DNA of 64,000 nucleotides, taken from NCBI GenBank assembly GCA_030704615.1, contig CM060731.1, forward strand, positions 56,792,001 to 56,856,000, written 5' to 3'. Below are positions 1 through 12,448 of this stretch, in pieces. A program made the translations under genes and the position numbers. Each line of letters opens with the position of its first letter. Position 1 is the stretch's first letter. Under the pieces are notes generated by a model. The model was not told the DNA's origin. It searched no databases and saw only the letters and a program-made list of their open reading frames with translations. This DNA comes from Takakia lepidozioides (lineage: Eukaryota; Plantae; Bryophyta).

Positions 1-2992
1 ATTCTGCCTCGTCTACATCCCACACCCTTCGTACACTTCCATCAAATCCTGCCATATACTTTGTGCAAAAATCCAATGCTTCTTCAAATTGGTATCCTTC
101 TGCCATGCTCCCCTCGGGCCTTGCCATGTTTCTTACGTAGCCCTTCATATCTTTCATTGCCCGCTCCATGGGGTACATCCAACGAGATGCTACGGGCCCG
201 CATAAATACAACTCATCCACTAGATGAACAACCAGATGTGTCATCACATCAAAAAATGATGGTGGGAACTCCTTCTCTATAAGACACAGTGAGAACTGCT
301 TCAGTTCTCAATTCCTCATACTCTACAGGATTCACCACTTTTGCACACAACTTCTTAAATACACGACATACTCGCAAAATGGCCCTTCGAGGACCACTTG
401 GCATGAGCCCACGGATAGCAAGCGGTATAATTTGCTGCATGAGCACATGATAGTCATGTGATTTCATGCCAGACAACTTCTTCTTCACCACATGCTTTTG
501 AAAGCTGATGCGTAGCCTGTTGGCACTTTCAAGTTCTGCACAATCTCCAGAAAGACTTGTAACTCAGCCTCGGTGAGAACATAAGGGGCAGGAGGCATAA
601 TTAACGTATCTGCTCTGTCAGGATCACGTTGTAGCCACAATTCCGGGCGCATCCCAAGTAGCTCCAAATCACGGCGAACTTTCAATGTGTCTTTCTCACC
701 AAAGATAGTTTTAATAATATTTTCAGCCAAGTTCTTCTCGCAATGCATTGCGTCAAACGTGTGGCGGATGAGGAGACCCTACAAAATGAACACATAAGCA
801 ATTGAGCATTTACTCATCACAATTTAAACAGAAAACGCAAAAATGTACACAGCCAATTTAAAGGCCGTAAAGGAATTACCTCCCAATAAGGTAAGACATA
901 TAAAATTGACAATCGCTTAACTCCATGAGTTTTTGCTGGGTCTGTCCTGCTATCTGGCGTCCCTCCGTTTTCCACCCATGCAGTGCGAGCTGTTGCAAGG
1001 TCCTTGATTTGTGTTCCAGTCTGCATTTTTGGAGGAGTTCCATGCTCAATAGCGCCATTGAACATTCTTGACCTTCTATATGGATGATTGCGGGCCAAAA
1101 ATCTTCGGTGGCCTAGGAAAACAATTTTTCCACATGTGTGTAACTGTTGTGAAGTCACCCCGGGTCCACAAGCTCGACAACCAGCATAACCTTTCGTCAC
1201 TTGACCTGAGAGCAAGCCATATGCAGGGTAGTCATGGATTGACCACATCAACACTGCCCTCAGTGTGAATTCACGTTGACCACGAGGACGGGAAACATCA
1301 TGAGCTGCAATCCCTCTCCATAGTTCCAGTAGCTCTTCCACTAGGGGCATCAGATAAACATCTACGTTGTCCGAGGTAACAGACTCCTTACCAGGAATCA
1401 GTAGCGCTAACATGACAAAGAACTTTTTGGTCATTAACCATGGAGGCAGATTGTAATTGACCAAGAGAACGGGCCATGTGCTCCAACTTGTGGATTGAGC
1501 TCCGTAGGGATTTACACCATCTAAGGCCAATCCAAATCGCAGAGATCGTGGCTCTGCAGCAAAATCCGCAAATGTGGTGACAATGTGTCTCCATGCTTTG
1601 CTATCAGCTGGATGTCGAACCAACCCATCCTGGCTCTTATGTCTGTCATGCCATGTCATGAGGTTAGCGATCGATTTACATCGGTACATACGTTTCAACC
1701 TTGGAATGACAGGGAAGTGTCGCAATACTTTCTTGGGCACACTTCCACGACCTGGAATGTAACGGGAACTGCGGCACACGGGCAAATGTCTACATTCTCA
1801 TACTCCCCACGGAAGAGTACACAACCACGCTCACAGGCATGAATAATGGTGTACTGCAATCCCATCTTGGCAATCATGGTTTTTGCTTCATAGTGAGTTT
1901 TCGGCAATGAATTCTCTTTAGGCAAAAAACTCTTACGCAACAATCCCAGAAGCTCATCCACAAATGCATTGGTGCACTTTGTGGGTAGTGCATGCGTTCA
2001 GCAACGTCAAAGTTGCTTGCAGCTGGCTGATGGAGCACCCTTCAAAAAGTGGACATTGCGACTGTCGGAAGAGTTTATCATACTCGGGATCAACGTGCAG
2101 GTGAGCATTCTCATCAAATTCATTGTCTCCGGAATCGTCGAGATCATCGTCATGATCGGCAAATGTGTGATCGGTTCCACCATGAATGGGGTCCTCTCTG
2201 TTTGCATCTATAAAGAGAAACACTTCTTGCAATGCACGTTGCATTTCTACCTCCAATCCATCACTCTTATCTGCGTTCTCTGTGACATTGGGCTCCCGCT
2301 GTGCCGCAGGGCCTTCGTCTTCATCATCTAAATATTCACATCCCTGCATCCCAATAGTCATCTTATGAGTGGACCAACAACGATGTGACACTTGTTCATA
2401 TTATGACATAGGAGGCACGGTGACGTTGCAGTGATGCAGTCATATTTACATATGTATCTTATGAATATACACCCAATCAAAACACGACATTTGTAACCAT
2501 TGAAGTCATAGTTGCAGTCACTTACTTAGTCATATATGACTACATGACTACACATGACCAATGAAAACACGACATGTGCATTAATTAAAGTGATAACGGA
2601 AGTGGCGTAGTCATAGTCACGTCTATATCTTATGACTTCTTGACTACAATCACCCAACGAAATGTCGACATGTGGAGAAGAGGATCGTTGCATTCAAAAT
2701 TCAAACTAAAGTGCTGAAGGGAAAGTGGCGATCTTACCGGAAGAGAACAGCGTTGGAGAAGAGGATCCCTCCCGTGTATCATGTAATGATTCATCATTGT
2801 TTCCAACAACAGTAGTTTTCCTTCATGACACTCATCGCAGTTGCATAGCATTTTTGTATGCCCATTCCTTGTGGTATAAGCTTCTTCCATTCGCCATAGA
2901 TGGTCATCTATTCTACGCCTACGCATCCGGTCGCCACCTGCACTGTACATGCTTTGAACGTCACCCCTTCCCTCTTTGCATGCTACGCACAA
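1..2992 (-). mobile_element. CACTA (En/Spm) TnpD-like transposase, frameshifted; continues off the left edge
   Basis: ORFs 817-1785 (HPADSKAW, GLALDGVNPYG, STWPVLLVNYNLPPW, DYPAYG), 485-748 (MHCEKN) and 249-491 (GMKSHDYHVLMQQ) are typical Tnp2/Transposase_21 motifs. Frameshifts near 490, 1780 and 1960; an intron lies at about 779-879. Confidence 0.93.
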
Positions 2993-3379
2993 TGCATTGT
3001 CTCTAGTTTTGCACCAGCTGCCAATGTGCTATTTCTATATCTATAGTATACTATAAGTATCGTTTCTGAGTGTCCATGGTGAAGCGGAAGGTCTTCGAAG
3101 TGACAGTCCCTCTCACTGAGTACGAGAAGTTCCGAGAGCGCCGGATTGCTGCCATAAAGGAGGTGGAAGCAACGTTCAAGCAGTCGATAGATGGGTGAGT
3201 TTAGTTCCTGACTTTGGATACCCACCCACTAAACTTGCGATTCGCCTTATCCTCTAACCTTACTTCTTTCCAGAGCCGCATGGACAAGCAACATTTCGAC
3301 TCAATTGTCCACTTTTTGCAAATGCCACAAGGACTGCATCCGAAGCTTCCATGATTTCACCTCATGGATGCAGCTATAA

Positions 3380-4065
3380 GCAAGGATACTCATACAGCCT
3401 AGACTTATCACACTAGTTCCTATGCTGACTTTCTTCTGCTTCCAACAGGCATTCACCTTTTTGCCTTGATTGTGTCCAAGCTAATATAATGTGCAACAGT
3501 TTTCCAAAGGCAGCAGGGACCCGCTTGTCCTTTTCCAGGGCTCCAAATTTGGCACATGCATTGAGAACACAAATGAACGTGACCCTGTTCGACCTTACCC
3601 CTTCATGTTGCATTTGCTCGTAGGACTCAAAAACATCCCTGCTGCACCCATGCAGAGCACATCATGCAATCACTGAACTCCAAGGGACAATATTTCATTT
3701 TGCCATATTGTTGAAACTTGACATGCATAGTTCATGCTCCCACATTCGGCATACATGTCAGTAAGGGCAGACTCCAGTAAGCTCTAATCCAGTTTTAACA
3801 AGGTCAGCATCAACAAAGATCTCTAAGCTGGCAGAGATTGAAACACGGCCTGGCAAGACCAAGCTGACTCTCGCAAGAACCTTATAAACATCAGGAAGAA
3901 TACCAAATCATGGTACTAATAGGAGGCAGAGATTGAAACACAGCCTGGCAATAACCTGTTGTGTGTGCTGCTTGTGTCTGTAGTCAGATAATGTCGGATC
4001 GATCTATGAATCTGGACCCACACTTGATCCCTGCTCCTTCAGCTATCCATGCCTGTGCTTGCAAG
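3380..4065 (-). pseudogene. Scrambled fragments of a PDF-PPR gene (PPR motif piece plus intron and PDF exon pieces)
   Basis: Approximate matches: 3380-3475 to 43850-43950, 3829-3923 to 44362-44456, 3957-4000 to 44286-44330, 4006-4060 to 43172-43222. 3520-3800 encodes a PPR-like piece (VTFICVLNACAKFGALEK). Confidence 0.8.
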
Positions 4066-4567
4066 GTGAACGATGGCGGAAAACGCAGAGCTCCTGCGGT
4101 TCGAGAAGATCAAGATCCGGGCATTGCGGGCAGTTCATAAAACGTTGGCGTGGTGATTTCTATTGGCCTATTTCGCGCGGGCATTCAGGGCAGGTTCCAA
4201 AGAAATTGACGACGACGATGACTTGGCTACGATGACCTGACGACGAAACGTGGCGACGATGACGTGGCATTATGACACCCTATACCTACTCTACACTAAA
4301 CTAGCTTCCGACCTTTGGTCGTCGCTAGAACTAATGCTTTATGTGCATATTGTGGGCCCCAGCATACCAGCTTGCCGGGCAGACCCAGCAGTAGACTGGC
4401 GGGGTCCGGGTAGGGGCGCTCCCACCCTCCATGACCCCTCTACCACAAGCGGCCCCGCCGCAGCCACACACGGGGGCATTCATGACCCTATTATTGTTAA
4501 ATGAGAAGCCAGAACAAATACACGATACATATAAACATTACAACTCAGTACTTGAATGTTTTAAGAC

Positions 4568-4877
4568 TTAAGCAAGAACATAAACAAGGTCAGCAGACTG
4601 CACAAAAATGCTTCTGGGAGGATTGATAAAGACATAAGTTGTTGGCGACCCGAGCGTAGCACGTGCGTGATATAAGCCCAATGCCAGAATGCCTTTGTCA
4701 CGTAGCAGCCCAAGAAAGAGATCATTGTCCGGCCGATTGACATATTGCCCATGCACCTTAATCTGCTTTAAGTGACGTGCCCGCTTTGCACTCAAGCAAC
4801 CATCTTGTGTCACATAGCCCCCCTCCACTAGTTGCTCCACTACAGACAATGTATTTCGGTTGTAAAATGTTGATCGT
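4568..4877 (-). pseudogene. Terminal exon of a BK/Slo-type K+ channel (end of RCK2)
   Basis: STFYNRNTLSVVEQLVEGG...LALGLY...YVFINPP...ADLVYVL resembles the Slo C-terminus (TYFN..ILTLIRTLVTGG...YVITNPP). AG acceptor at 4878-4879. Confidence 0.75.
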
Positions 4878-5512
4878 CTGAAGGTGCATCACAGAAGACA
4901 AGCTTCACTATCATCAAGGCTCAAAACATCCAATAACGTAATGGGGCACCATAGATTTCTGAAGCTCACTACCGACCTACTTGCTAATCAACTTTAATTT
5001 TTATGCCATCCTCAATTTGCTCTTTCTCAACCATAACATGGTTGGTTCCTATCACATCAGAAAACACAACTGCGGCACCCCAAAACATCACACTTGGGTC
5101 ATTGGTCATAAAATGGGTGCGATGTGAAGGCTTAAATCATTCCTGCCAGTATTACCTTCAAGTGTGTCTAGGACAAGTATGACATATTGTAGCACATGGA
5201 GAATGAAATGGAGGATTGCATAGTGCCCTACGTCTTTAAATGTTTTATGATATATTCCACGAAATTGCAAGAAATCCAAGCAATAAGACAACAACCAAAG
5301 ATCACCCAAAGAACGAAGGTACTTACAGCAAGAAACCAAGCAAACTGGGGGATACAACTTTGCCCTCCATATACAGAGGCGTAAAGTGAACCATAGCATC
5401 ACGGTTGCGCTTATAGTCCATTTTGTCGATCTTACTGCGTGGCATCTGATATTGGGGGGGCAGATAATAGAACCCGACTGTGTGCTGCATCTCCACTACC
5501 ATAATCTCAGTC

Positions 5513-7304
5513 GCTTGCACCGTTCTCGGGGTTACTACTCCCCATATATACTTCTGTGACTGTCCGCGGGGGTTCCACAAACAACACCATCCTTTTATGG
5601 CGAACCACCACGAAGACCCTCGATTCACGGCGATGAGTCGCGGTGAGTCTTGGCCCACCCACCACGGCCCCATTGGACCGTGATGAGTCCCAAGACTCCC
5701 CACGACTCCCACCACAGGGTCTCCGCCCCATGGTGAGTCCTATGCCACCCCCACTAAGTCCCACTAAGCTACCACCACCCCTTGTGGAGCCACCCCCACC
5801 GTAACCCGGTGTGCGGGGCTCCACCTAGTGAGTGCCTCCACCTCCTTGAGTGCCTTGGGCACTCAAGGGTGCTTCGGCCCCCCCGTACCTAATGCTGCCA
5901 CCGCCCCCACCACAGGGGTAGCCCCATTGTGTCCCGACCCCCTGCCCTCAAGGCAAAGGGCCGTGACACCTGGAGCACCTAAAAAAGGTGTTCCAGAAAT
6001 TGCAGGAAGGGAGGCTGTGTGCCAAGGCTTCAAAGTGCGAATTCGGGGTCACAAAAATGGAGTTCCTGGGGCATGTGATTACATAAGATGGGATCAAAAT
6101 GGATGACAGAAAGGTGAGGGCGATCTTGGACTGGGAACCTCCGACTTCGGTCCCGGGAGTGCGATCCTTCCTAGGACTCGCCTCCTATTACCGGAAGTAT
6201 GTGAGAAATTTTGCCAAGATCGCGGGGCCGCTGTCAGACCTCCTGTGTAAATCCAAAGTCTGGGTATGGAACACCTTTTGTGGCCAAGCTTTTGCCGAGT
6301 TGAAGTAGCGGATGGTGGAAGCTCCAGTCCTCAAAATTCCGGAGTTCGACTGTCCATTTGAGATCCATACAGATGCGTCGGACTTCGCAATAGGGGGTGT
6401 ACTCATGCAGGATGGACGCCCAGTGGCTTACGAAAGTAAGAAACTGAACAAAGCGGAGCGACAATGGCCTACGCATGAGAAGGAAATGAAGGCGGTGGTG
6501 CATTGCCTTGAGCTTTGGCGCCACTATGTTGGTTCCATCCCGGTGAAGGTATTCACGGACAATGTCACGGTGAAGTATTTTGCCACGCAGCCTAAGTTGT
6601 CCCCAAAACAACTTAGGTGGCAAGATACTTTAGCGGTCTTCGACGTGGATATCCAGTACAAACCAGGACGAGACAATGTGGTAGCCGATGCTTTAAGTAG
6701 AAAACAACAGCTTATGGTGGTGTACAGTGTCACGCACCTCACTTCGGTAAGCTCCCCTTCAAGTCATAGTTACTCGCTTTGATGCGCGCGCCTGACTCCC
6801 AACCTGGCCGCCCGGGCCAACTTGGAGCTTCGGCTGCTCACCGGGACATAACGGTCCCCCCCTTCGCTTCCCTCTAAACCCTCCACCTAATTGGGACTAG
6901 GAGAATTCCCTTTGGTAGATGGCAGTCCGGAACAGCTCCCCACTCTTTGGTCGCTTTCCGGCTCGCTCGCTTACTCACTAGTTTTTGGTCACCAACGGGC
7001 TTGCACCGTTCTCGGGGTTACTACTCCCTATATATACTTCTGTAGCTGTCCGCGGGGGTTCCACAACCAGCCATGCCATTTTATGGCGAACCACCACGAA
7101 AACCCTCGACTCCCGGTGATGAGTCGCGGTGAGTCTTGGCCCGCTCACCACGGCCCCTATGGACCGTGATGAGTCCCAAGACTCCCCACGACTCCCACCA
7201 CGAGGTCTCCACCCCCATGGTGAGTCCTATGCCACCCCCACTAAGTCCTGCTAAGCTACCACCACCCCTTGTGGAGCCACCCCCACCGCAACCCGGTGTG
7301 CGGG
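5513..7304 (+). mobile_element. Ty3/gypsy LTR retrotransposon remnant (partial LTR, RT-RNaseH fragment, partial LTR)
   Basis: 6099-6727 encodes VRSFLGLASYYRKY, IHTDASDFAIGGVL, HEKEMKAVV, YKPGRDNVVADALSR with an in-frame TAG at 6306. ~300-bp direct repeats at 5513-5818 and 6999-7304. LTR-like ends CCGTGACA (5968) and TGTCACG (6728). Confidence 0.9.
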
Positions 7305-8029
7305 GCGATCCACTCCTCCCACGCCAGTGCGAGGCGAGTGCGTCGTCGGCGGATGCCACGGCAAGCCGAGGAGAACATGCCCATGCTCATGTCGCAGGAC
7401 AAAAACGCCCATCATCTACACTACGAACACCTTCTCCGTCTGTGAGTTATAGTTCTTCACAATGACAATGATTCAAATTATGTATGTTTTTGGTAAAATC
7501 ACGAAGAGATAGGGTATGTCTGTCAAGACAGGGAAGTTGGACAATGCAGGGGTCAGCCAAGGCACAATCACAAATGATTTCCACTAGACAAGTTGAAGTG
7601 CCAAAGGCATGATGTCAGGCCAATGTAGACTTCAGGTGTGTTCAAATTCTTTGCCCCATGAAACCAACGTCCTGGTACTAAGCTACAATGGCTACTTATA
7701 GAGATACTTGGGTTACTTATGCACCAGAATATCAGTAAAACTTGGAGGGATACTTCTCATGGACCCATCAGGTTTGTCCATTTGAATTCTTGCTATGGAT
7801 TTCAGGAACACTCCATACCTAAGAGGGCTCAAAAATGTACTGGGAGGACATCATTGGGGCCAATCAAATTTGGGAGATTTACTGCCCAAGATCATACTGA
7901 GTTTTGGGTAATCTTGTCTTTACAAATGATATGTGCTTCCAGTTTGTTATATTGAATTCAAGGATTTGCTGCTTACTGCCTATATGTATGTGTAATCACC
8001 CACATTGTACTGGGGGAATTTCTTTTCAG

Positions 8030-8977
8030 GGCAAGCACAAGCGCACTGGATCCACGATCCCTGCTGCTAGCAATGGAGATGGCGCCCACAGGAACGCAGG
8101 AGGTGGCCCTAACTCTCCCATCGTTGTGGGTTCTGTGCCACCAGTACCCCCACCTTATTATGGTATGCCTCAGTACCCACAGTCTGGCACTCAATATGGT
8201 CAGGGTCAATATGGTGCTCCTCCATATGGGCAGTATGGCCAGTATCCTCCTCCACCATATTTGCCACCCCCTAATAGCTATGGGGGTGGCAGGCCACCGG
8301 AATATCCTCCTGCTTATGGACAGTATGGTCCTCGGCCTTCTGGCCAACAGCCATGGCCACCAGTCCCTACTTGGCAGGATCCTGCTTTGAATTCTCCTGA
8401 GCGCACGGAGGTCTCTGAAGGAGGGGAGGGTGCCGTTTCAAAGAATGATAGAACCAATGCTTTAAGGAGGGCTAATAGCTCAGCCAAAATTGAAGCTGCC
8501 AAGGTGAAGGAAGAGAGAATAGCTGCAGGTCTTCCTCCCACGGTGATTTTGACGAACCTCAAAGGAGCCCCGTATGGTCAGACCCGGAATGTATGGCACG
8601 CTGCCCTTAAAGGACAGGCTTATCGCAAGCTAGATTGTTCCCTTGCCATCAACAACCAACCTGATGAAGTTGTATACGAAATCAGAGATCACCTGGCTAA
8701 GCTATTTTCATATACGCCACACAAGTTAAAAGACTTCCACCTAAAACAAACAATTGGCAGAATAATGAAGAGCCAGCGTTATGAAGCACACACTGCGTGG
8801 TTGGGTGGTAAGGGGAAACCCATTACTGTATCTGACGAGGTATGGAACAAGCTTGTAAGTTACTGGCAGACAGAGGTGTTCCACAAAGTGTCGGGCAACA
8901 TGAAGAAGGCAAATGGTGCAATTCAGAATCCTACCAAGACTGGCCGTGGTGGGAAGGCAATGGTGGAAGCACGCTTG
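8030..8977 (+). mobile_element. CACTA TnpA-like exon (Ptta/En-Spm type) with a Pro/Gly/Tyr-rich N-terminal part
   Basis: KPITVSDEVWNKLVSYWQT...SGNMKKANG...TKTGRGG matches the Transposase_24-type pattern. Bounded by an AG acceptor near 8029 and a GTAAGT donor at 8978. Confidence 0.75.
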
Positions 8978-9329
8978 GTAAGTGGCATCATCACGACTCT
9001 GTATTTTGTTCCTCATTGAATTGCTATGTGTATATAGTCAGCCCTCACATTGCTTACTGACTTGTGGCATGGGTTTGTTTGTGGCATGGATTAATTTGTA
9101 GGAAACACTATCAGGGTGCCCTCCTACATTATTGAAATTCAAGAGGGTTTTAGTGTCACGGTTGTCAGCTGGGAGTGACAGGCGGGTAAGTGTGTTTTCC
9201 ACGTTTGCTAGAGTGGTTGCTGCATCATAGGTTGCTAGGGTTTTTTTCAAGGCTTTTGGCCTGGGTTTTCTTTCCAATGGTTGTTCATGCTAGGTTTTTT
9301 TGGTTTGATTCATACTTGGGCAAGTTTTC

Positions 9330-10523
9330 ATGGATTGGCAGGAGGGAAGTCTCGCATATTCTACAGTAGTTGGCAGGATGGATGGCTTGGACAAACTGGT
9401 GGAATCACAAGGACGTGACATGGCAGAACTAAAATTACAGATGCAGAGTATGATTGAGTACCAGAAAGCCATTGTGACCAGATTGGGGATTAATCTACCA
9501 GGCGCAGGACCAGTGACATCTACGATGGATACGTCTGCTGTGACAGTATCAAAATGTTTGGAATCCCAATTTCAGACGGTAACTGGTGCTCACTCTAAGC
9601 CCTTATGTCTTCATGTCACTGACGATCTTTTGAATTTGACCGAGCAACAGCAGGATATAGGGAAGGCCAGCTGTGAGGTACACGTGGAAATTCAGCCCTT
9701 GCCACATACAAAGGCAGTAGCAGTCCAGGGGGCAATGGTGACAGAGCCGTCGGGCACACCGGATTCTGGTATGCAGGTATGTGGGAGTTTAAATGGGGAG
9801 GAAGATGCAGACGGGGACAAAACAAACAAGCAGGTTGCTTTAATTTCTCTTGCTCATATGTTGAAGCCAAATGTCAGTTTACTTCCTGGACCAACGAGGA
9901 AGCATTTACTAATTCTGGACTTAAATGGTCTGTTATGTGAATCTTTTCATTCTGCTAATGGGCCTGCATCCCTTCCCAAAGGTTTTGTGAGGAAGATGTG
10001 TGGCAAGAAGATGGTAGTTTTGAGACCACGCTGTTATGACTTTTTGCAAAAGTGTTTTGAACACTTTGAGGTGGCAGTGTGGTCTTGTTGCCAAGCTCGC
10101 AACTTCTTCCCAATGGTGGACTATATTTTTGCAGCCCACACTAACTTGGTTTTCCAGTGGGATGCCCTTCACTGTGACGAGGATCCAGTCCTCCCATGCC
10201 GTAAGGGGTCTGATTCAAAGCCATTATATTTCAAGAACTTGTCTACAGTGTGGGCAGACTGGCCAGAATGGACTTATGAGGACACTGTTCTTGTTGACGA
10301 CACACCAAGAAAGGTGGCAAACAATCCTCCATTCAGTGGGATTTTTCTAGAGCCATGGAAGGTGCAACCGGATTCACCAACTGATGAGTATCTAACAGAG
10401 GTGTTGTGGCCTTTCTTGTGGAAGACATCGAAAGCTGCCAGTATTCCCAAGTTTTTGGAGTCTCAGCCTGTTTTCAGACAACAACCATACAACACTGCTA
10501 CTGTGAAGGTACAAACATTCTGA
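9330..10523 (+). CDS. FCP1/NIF-like HAD phosphatase domain inside the CACTA TnpA-like unit
   Basis: LLILDLNGLL, VVLRPRCYDFL, FEVAVWS, KPLYFKNLSTVW and TVLVDDTPRKVANNP are FCP1-homology motifs; the DLNGLL variant replaces DxDxT. Confidence 0.85.
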   Translation: MDWQEGSLAYSTVVGRMDGLDKLVESQGRDMAELKLQMQSMIEYQKAIVTRLGINLPGAGPVTSTMDTSAVTVSKCLESQFQTVTGAHSKPLCLHVTDDLLNLTEQQQDIGKASCEVHVEIQPLPHTKAVAVQGAMVTEPSGTPDSGMQVCGSLNGEEDADGDKTNKQVALISLAHMLKPNVSLLPGPTRKHLLILDLNGLLCESFHSANGPASLPKGFVRKMCGKKMVVLRPRCYDFLQKCFEHFEVAVWSCCQARNFFPMVDYIFAAHTNLVFQWDALHCDEDPVLPCRKGSDSKPLYFKNLSTVWADWPEWTYEDTVLVDDTPRKVANNPPFSGIFLEPWKVQPDSPTDEYLTEVLWPFLWKTSKAASIPKFLESQPVFRQQPYNTATVKVQTF

Positions 10524-10972
10524 TAGTGCTCCAGAGGCTACAATTTTGTGGGTTCATTCATTACATTGCTTTCCTGGATGCTTCTCCTCGGTTGCTTGAT
10601 TAATGCTAGGTTTTCTTTGCAGCTTTTCATGTTGGCTTTTTTTGTTTGATTCATACTTGGATTTTGTTTCTATTCACTATTCCTGTTTGCTCATTGCTTT
10701 CCTGGTTGTTCTCTGGTCTGTGACACAGGAACTTGTGACAAACAAAGGTGATATTGTCGACAAGCCGGTACAGACGAGGGGCAAGAGTGTCGACCCGGCG
10801 AGGAGCCCCCCAAAAGAGGTCTCACCACTACTGGAGACTGCAAATGGAGTAAGTCCAGGTCGTTGTCTTGTTTGTTTTATTTTTTCCAACCTTGGGGCTC
10901 TCTTTAATTCGCAAATGTTGAGTGTCCTAGTCGTGTGTATGTCATGGGTTTTCACATCGTGTTCTTTTTTGT

Positions 10973-11272
10973 GTGGAGTTGGGATCACAGTTCAGGGTGG
11001 GTGACGAGGTTCGGCTGTTGGATGTGAACTCCAAACGCAAGAAATGTGGAGTAGGGCTGATTGTTGCTCTTCAAGGTGTTGTGGTGGGTTACGGGTACCC
11101 TGCTGTGCCCCTTGATTATGCCGGTGTGTACATCAAAGAGGCATGTGTCAGTAACACCCCTCTACCATATGTGAATGGTGTTAGGAAACAGACCGAGTTG
11201 GGGCATGTGGTTGGCCAGACAACACTTTGGAGTCTAAAGTTACTGAAACTTATGGAGCTGCGGAAGGGATAG
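10973..11272 (+). mobile_element. C-terminal exon of the CACTA TnpA-like protein (Tnp1/En-Spm-like C-terminal domain)
   Basis: VGDEVRLLD...GVGLIV...NTPLPY...LGHVVGQTTLW follows the pattern at CACTA ORF2 C-termini and lies just upstream of the CACTA terminus. Confidence 0.6.
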
Positions 11273-11734
11273 TCAGTATTGCACTGTTTAACAAAGTTCT
11301 TGATTCTAATAGCACTAGAAAATACTAGCTACAACAATTCAGCCCATGTGTGGGCTTGCTTGTTTTTGGCTGGGCCTTTTGAGGCATGGATTTTTTGACC
11401 TTGTGGCTTTTGAGGTGTCCATTGGGACATTGGTCTCATTTGGATTTTTGTAATGTGATTTATAGGGCTTGTATTGCCCTGTAGTTGACTATTTTCATTC
11501 TCCTTGTGGTTGATAGTATGCAGGAGGGATCCATTTTGTTTTCATGTTGGAATTTCACCATGTAATGAAGATTTTAAATCATTTAATTCACTTTCATTTT
11601 AAATAATAATATTAAAAATACTACCATTAAAAAAAAATTCCAAGCTGCAATCTCTCTGTTCTTTTAAATATTAAATGAAAACTAAAAAACAAAATATGAA
11701 CATTAAAAATATAAACTAATTCGGAAAACAATCT

Positions 11735-12448
11735 TGATGACACGTGGCATCACTCTTGCTCAAACCAGAACACGTGGCAGTATATGACACGACATTTTTT
11801 ATCCATATTTTCACCACGTGTAAAGATCCGTAGTCATATATGCTAGTCATATATTTTGTCTGTGTGCCACATGTCACATCTCAAGTGCAACAGGTGTCCC
11901 GCTAACAACTCTCCATGTAGACATCCCTGTAGTCATATGAGCGAGTCATGTAGTCACCACGTGTGAAATCTGCCATAACACACGTGTCCCGCTAGCGCCT
12001 CTCCATGTAGGCATCACTGTGCAGACATGTAGTCATATGATCATGGCAAGAAGTCGTGACATGTCAAATTCGCAGTGGCGCACGTGTCCATCCGTCGCCT
12101 CTCCATGTAGGCATCACTTTGCAGACATATAGTCATATGATCCCCTGACGAATGCATGACGTGTCGCTTGCGCAGTGGCGCACGTGTCCCGCTGAAGCCT
12201 CTCCATGTAGGCAGCGCTCAACAGACAATGTAGTCATATATTAGTCATATAGTTGCGACTGCAACCCTCTCTGCAGCAGGACTCCAGGTGCCACGCAAGC
12301 AGTCACGGATATGACTTGCAAAACGCAATCCTAAAGACTAGTCGCTATGACAGGGCTTTTTCACTACAGAGTGATGTAGTCATGAACGCATATAAGACTG
12401 AAAAAATAGTCATATGTGAAGTCATAAAAACGCTCATCTGTTGTAGTG
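11735..12448 (+). repeat. CACTA subterminal repeats and 3' terminal inverted repeat
   Basis: Repeated GTAGTCATAT, CACGTGTC and CTCTCCATGTAG motifs, ending in TCTGTTGTAGTG at 12437-12448 (reverse complement CACTACAACAGA). Confidence 0.85.

Noticed and set aside
1-12448. One complete CACTA element made of the TnpD (1-2992) and the TnpA-like gene (8030-11272)
   Set aside because: Opposite orientations, separated by BK and gypsy pieces, and no matching 5' TIR or TSD found; at most related fragments.
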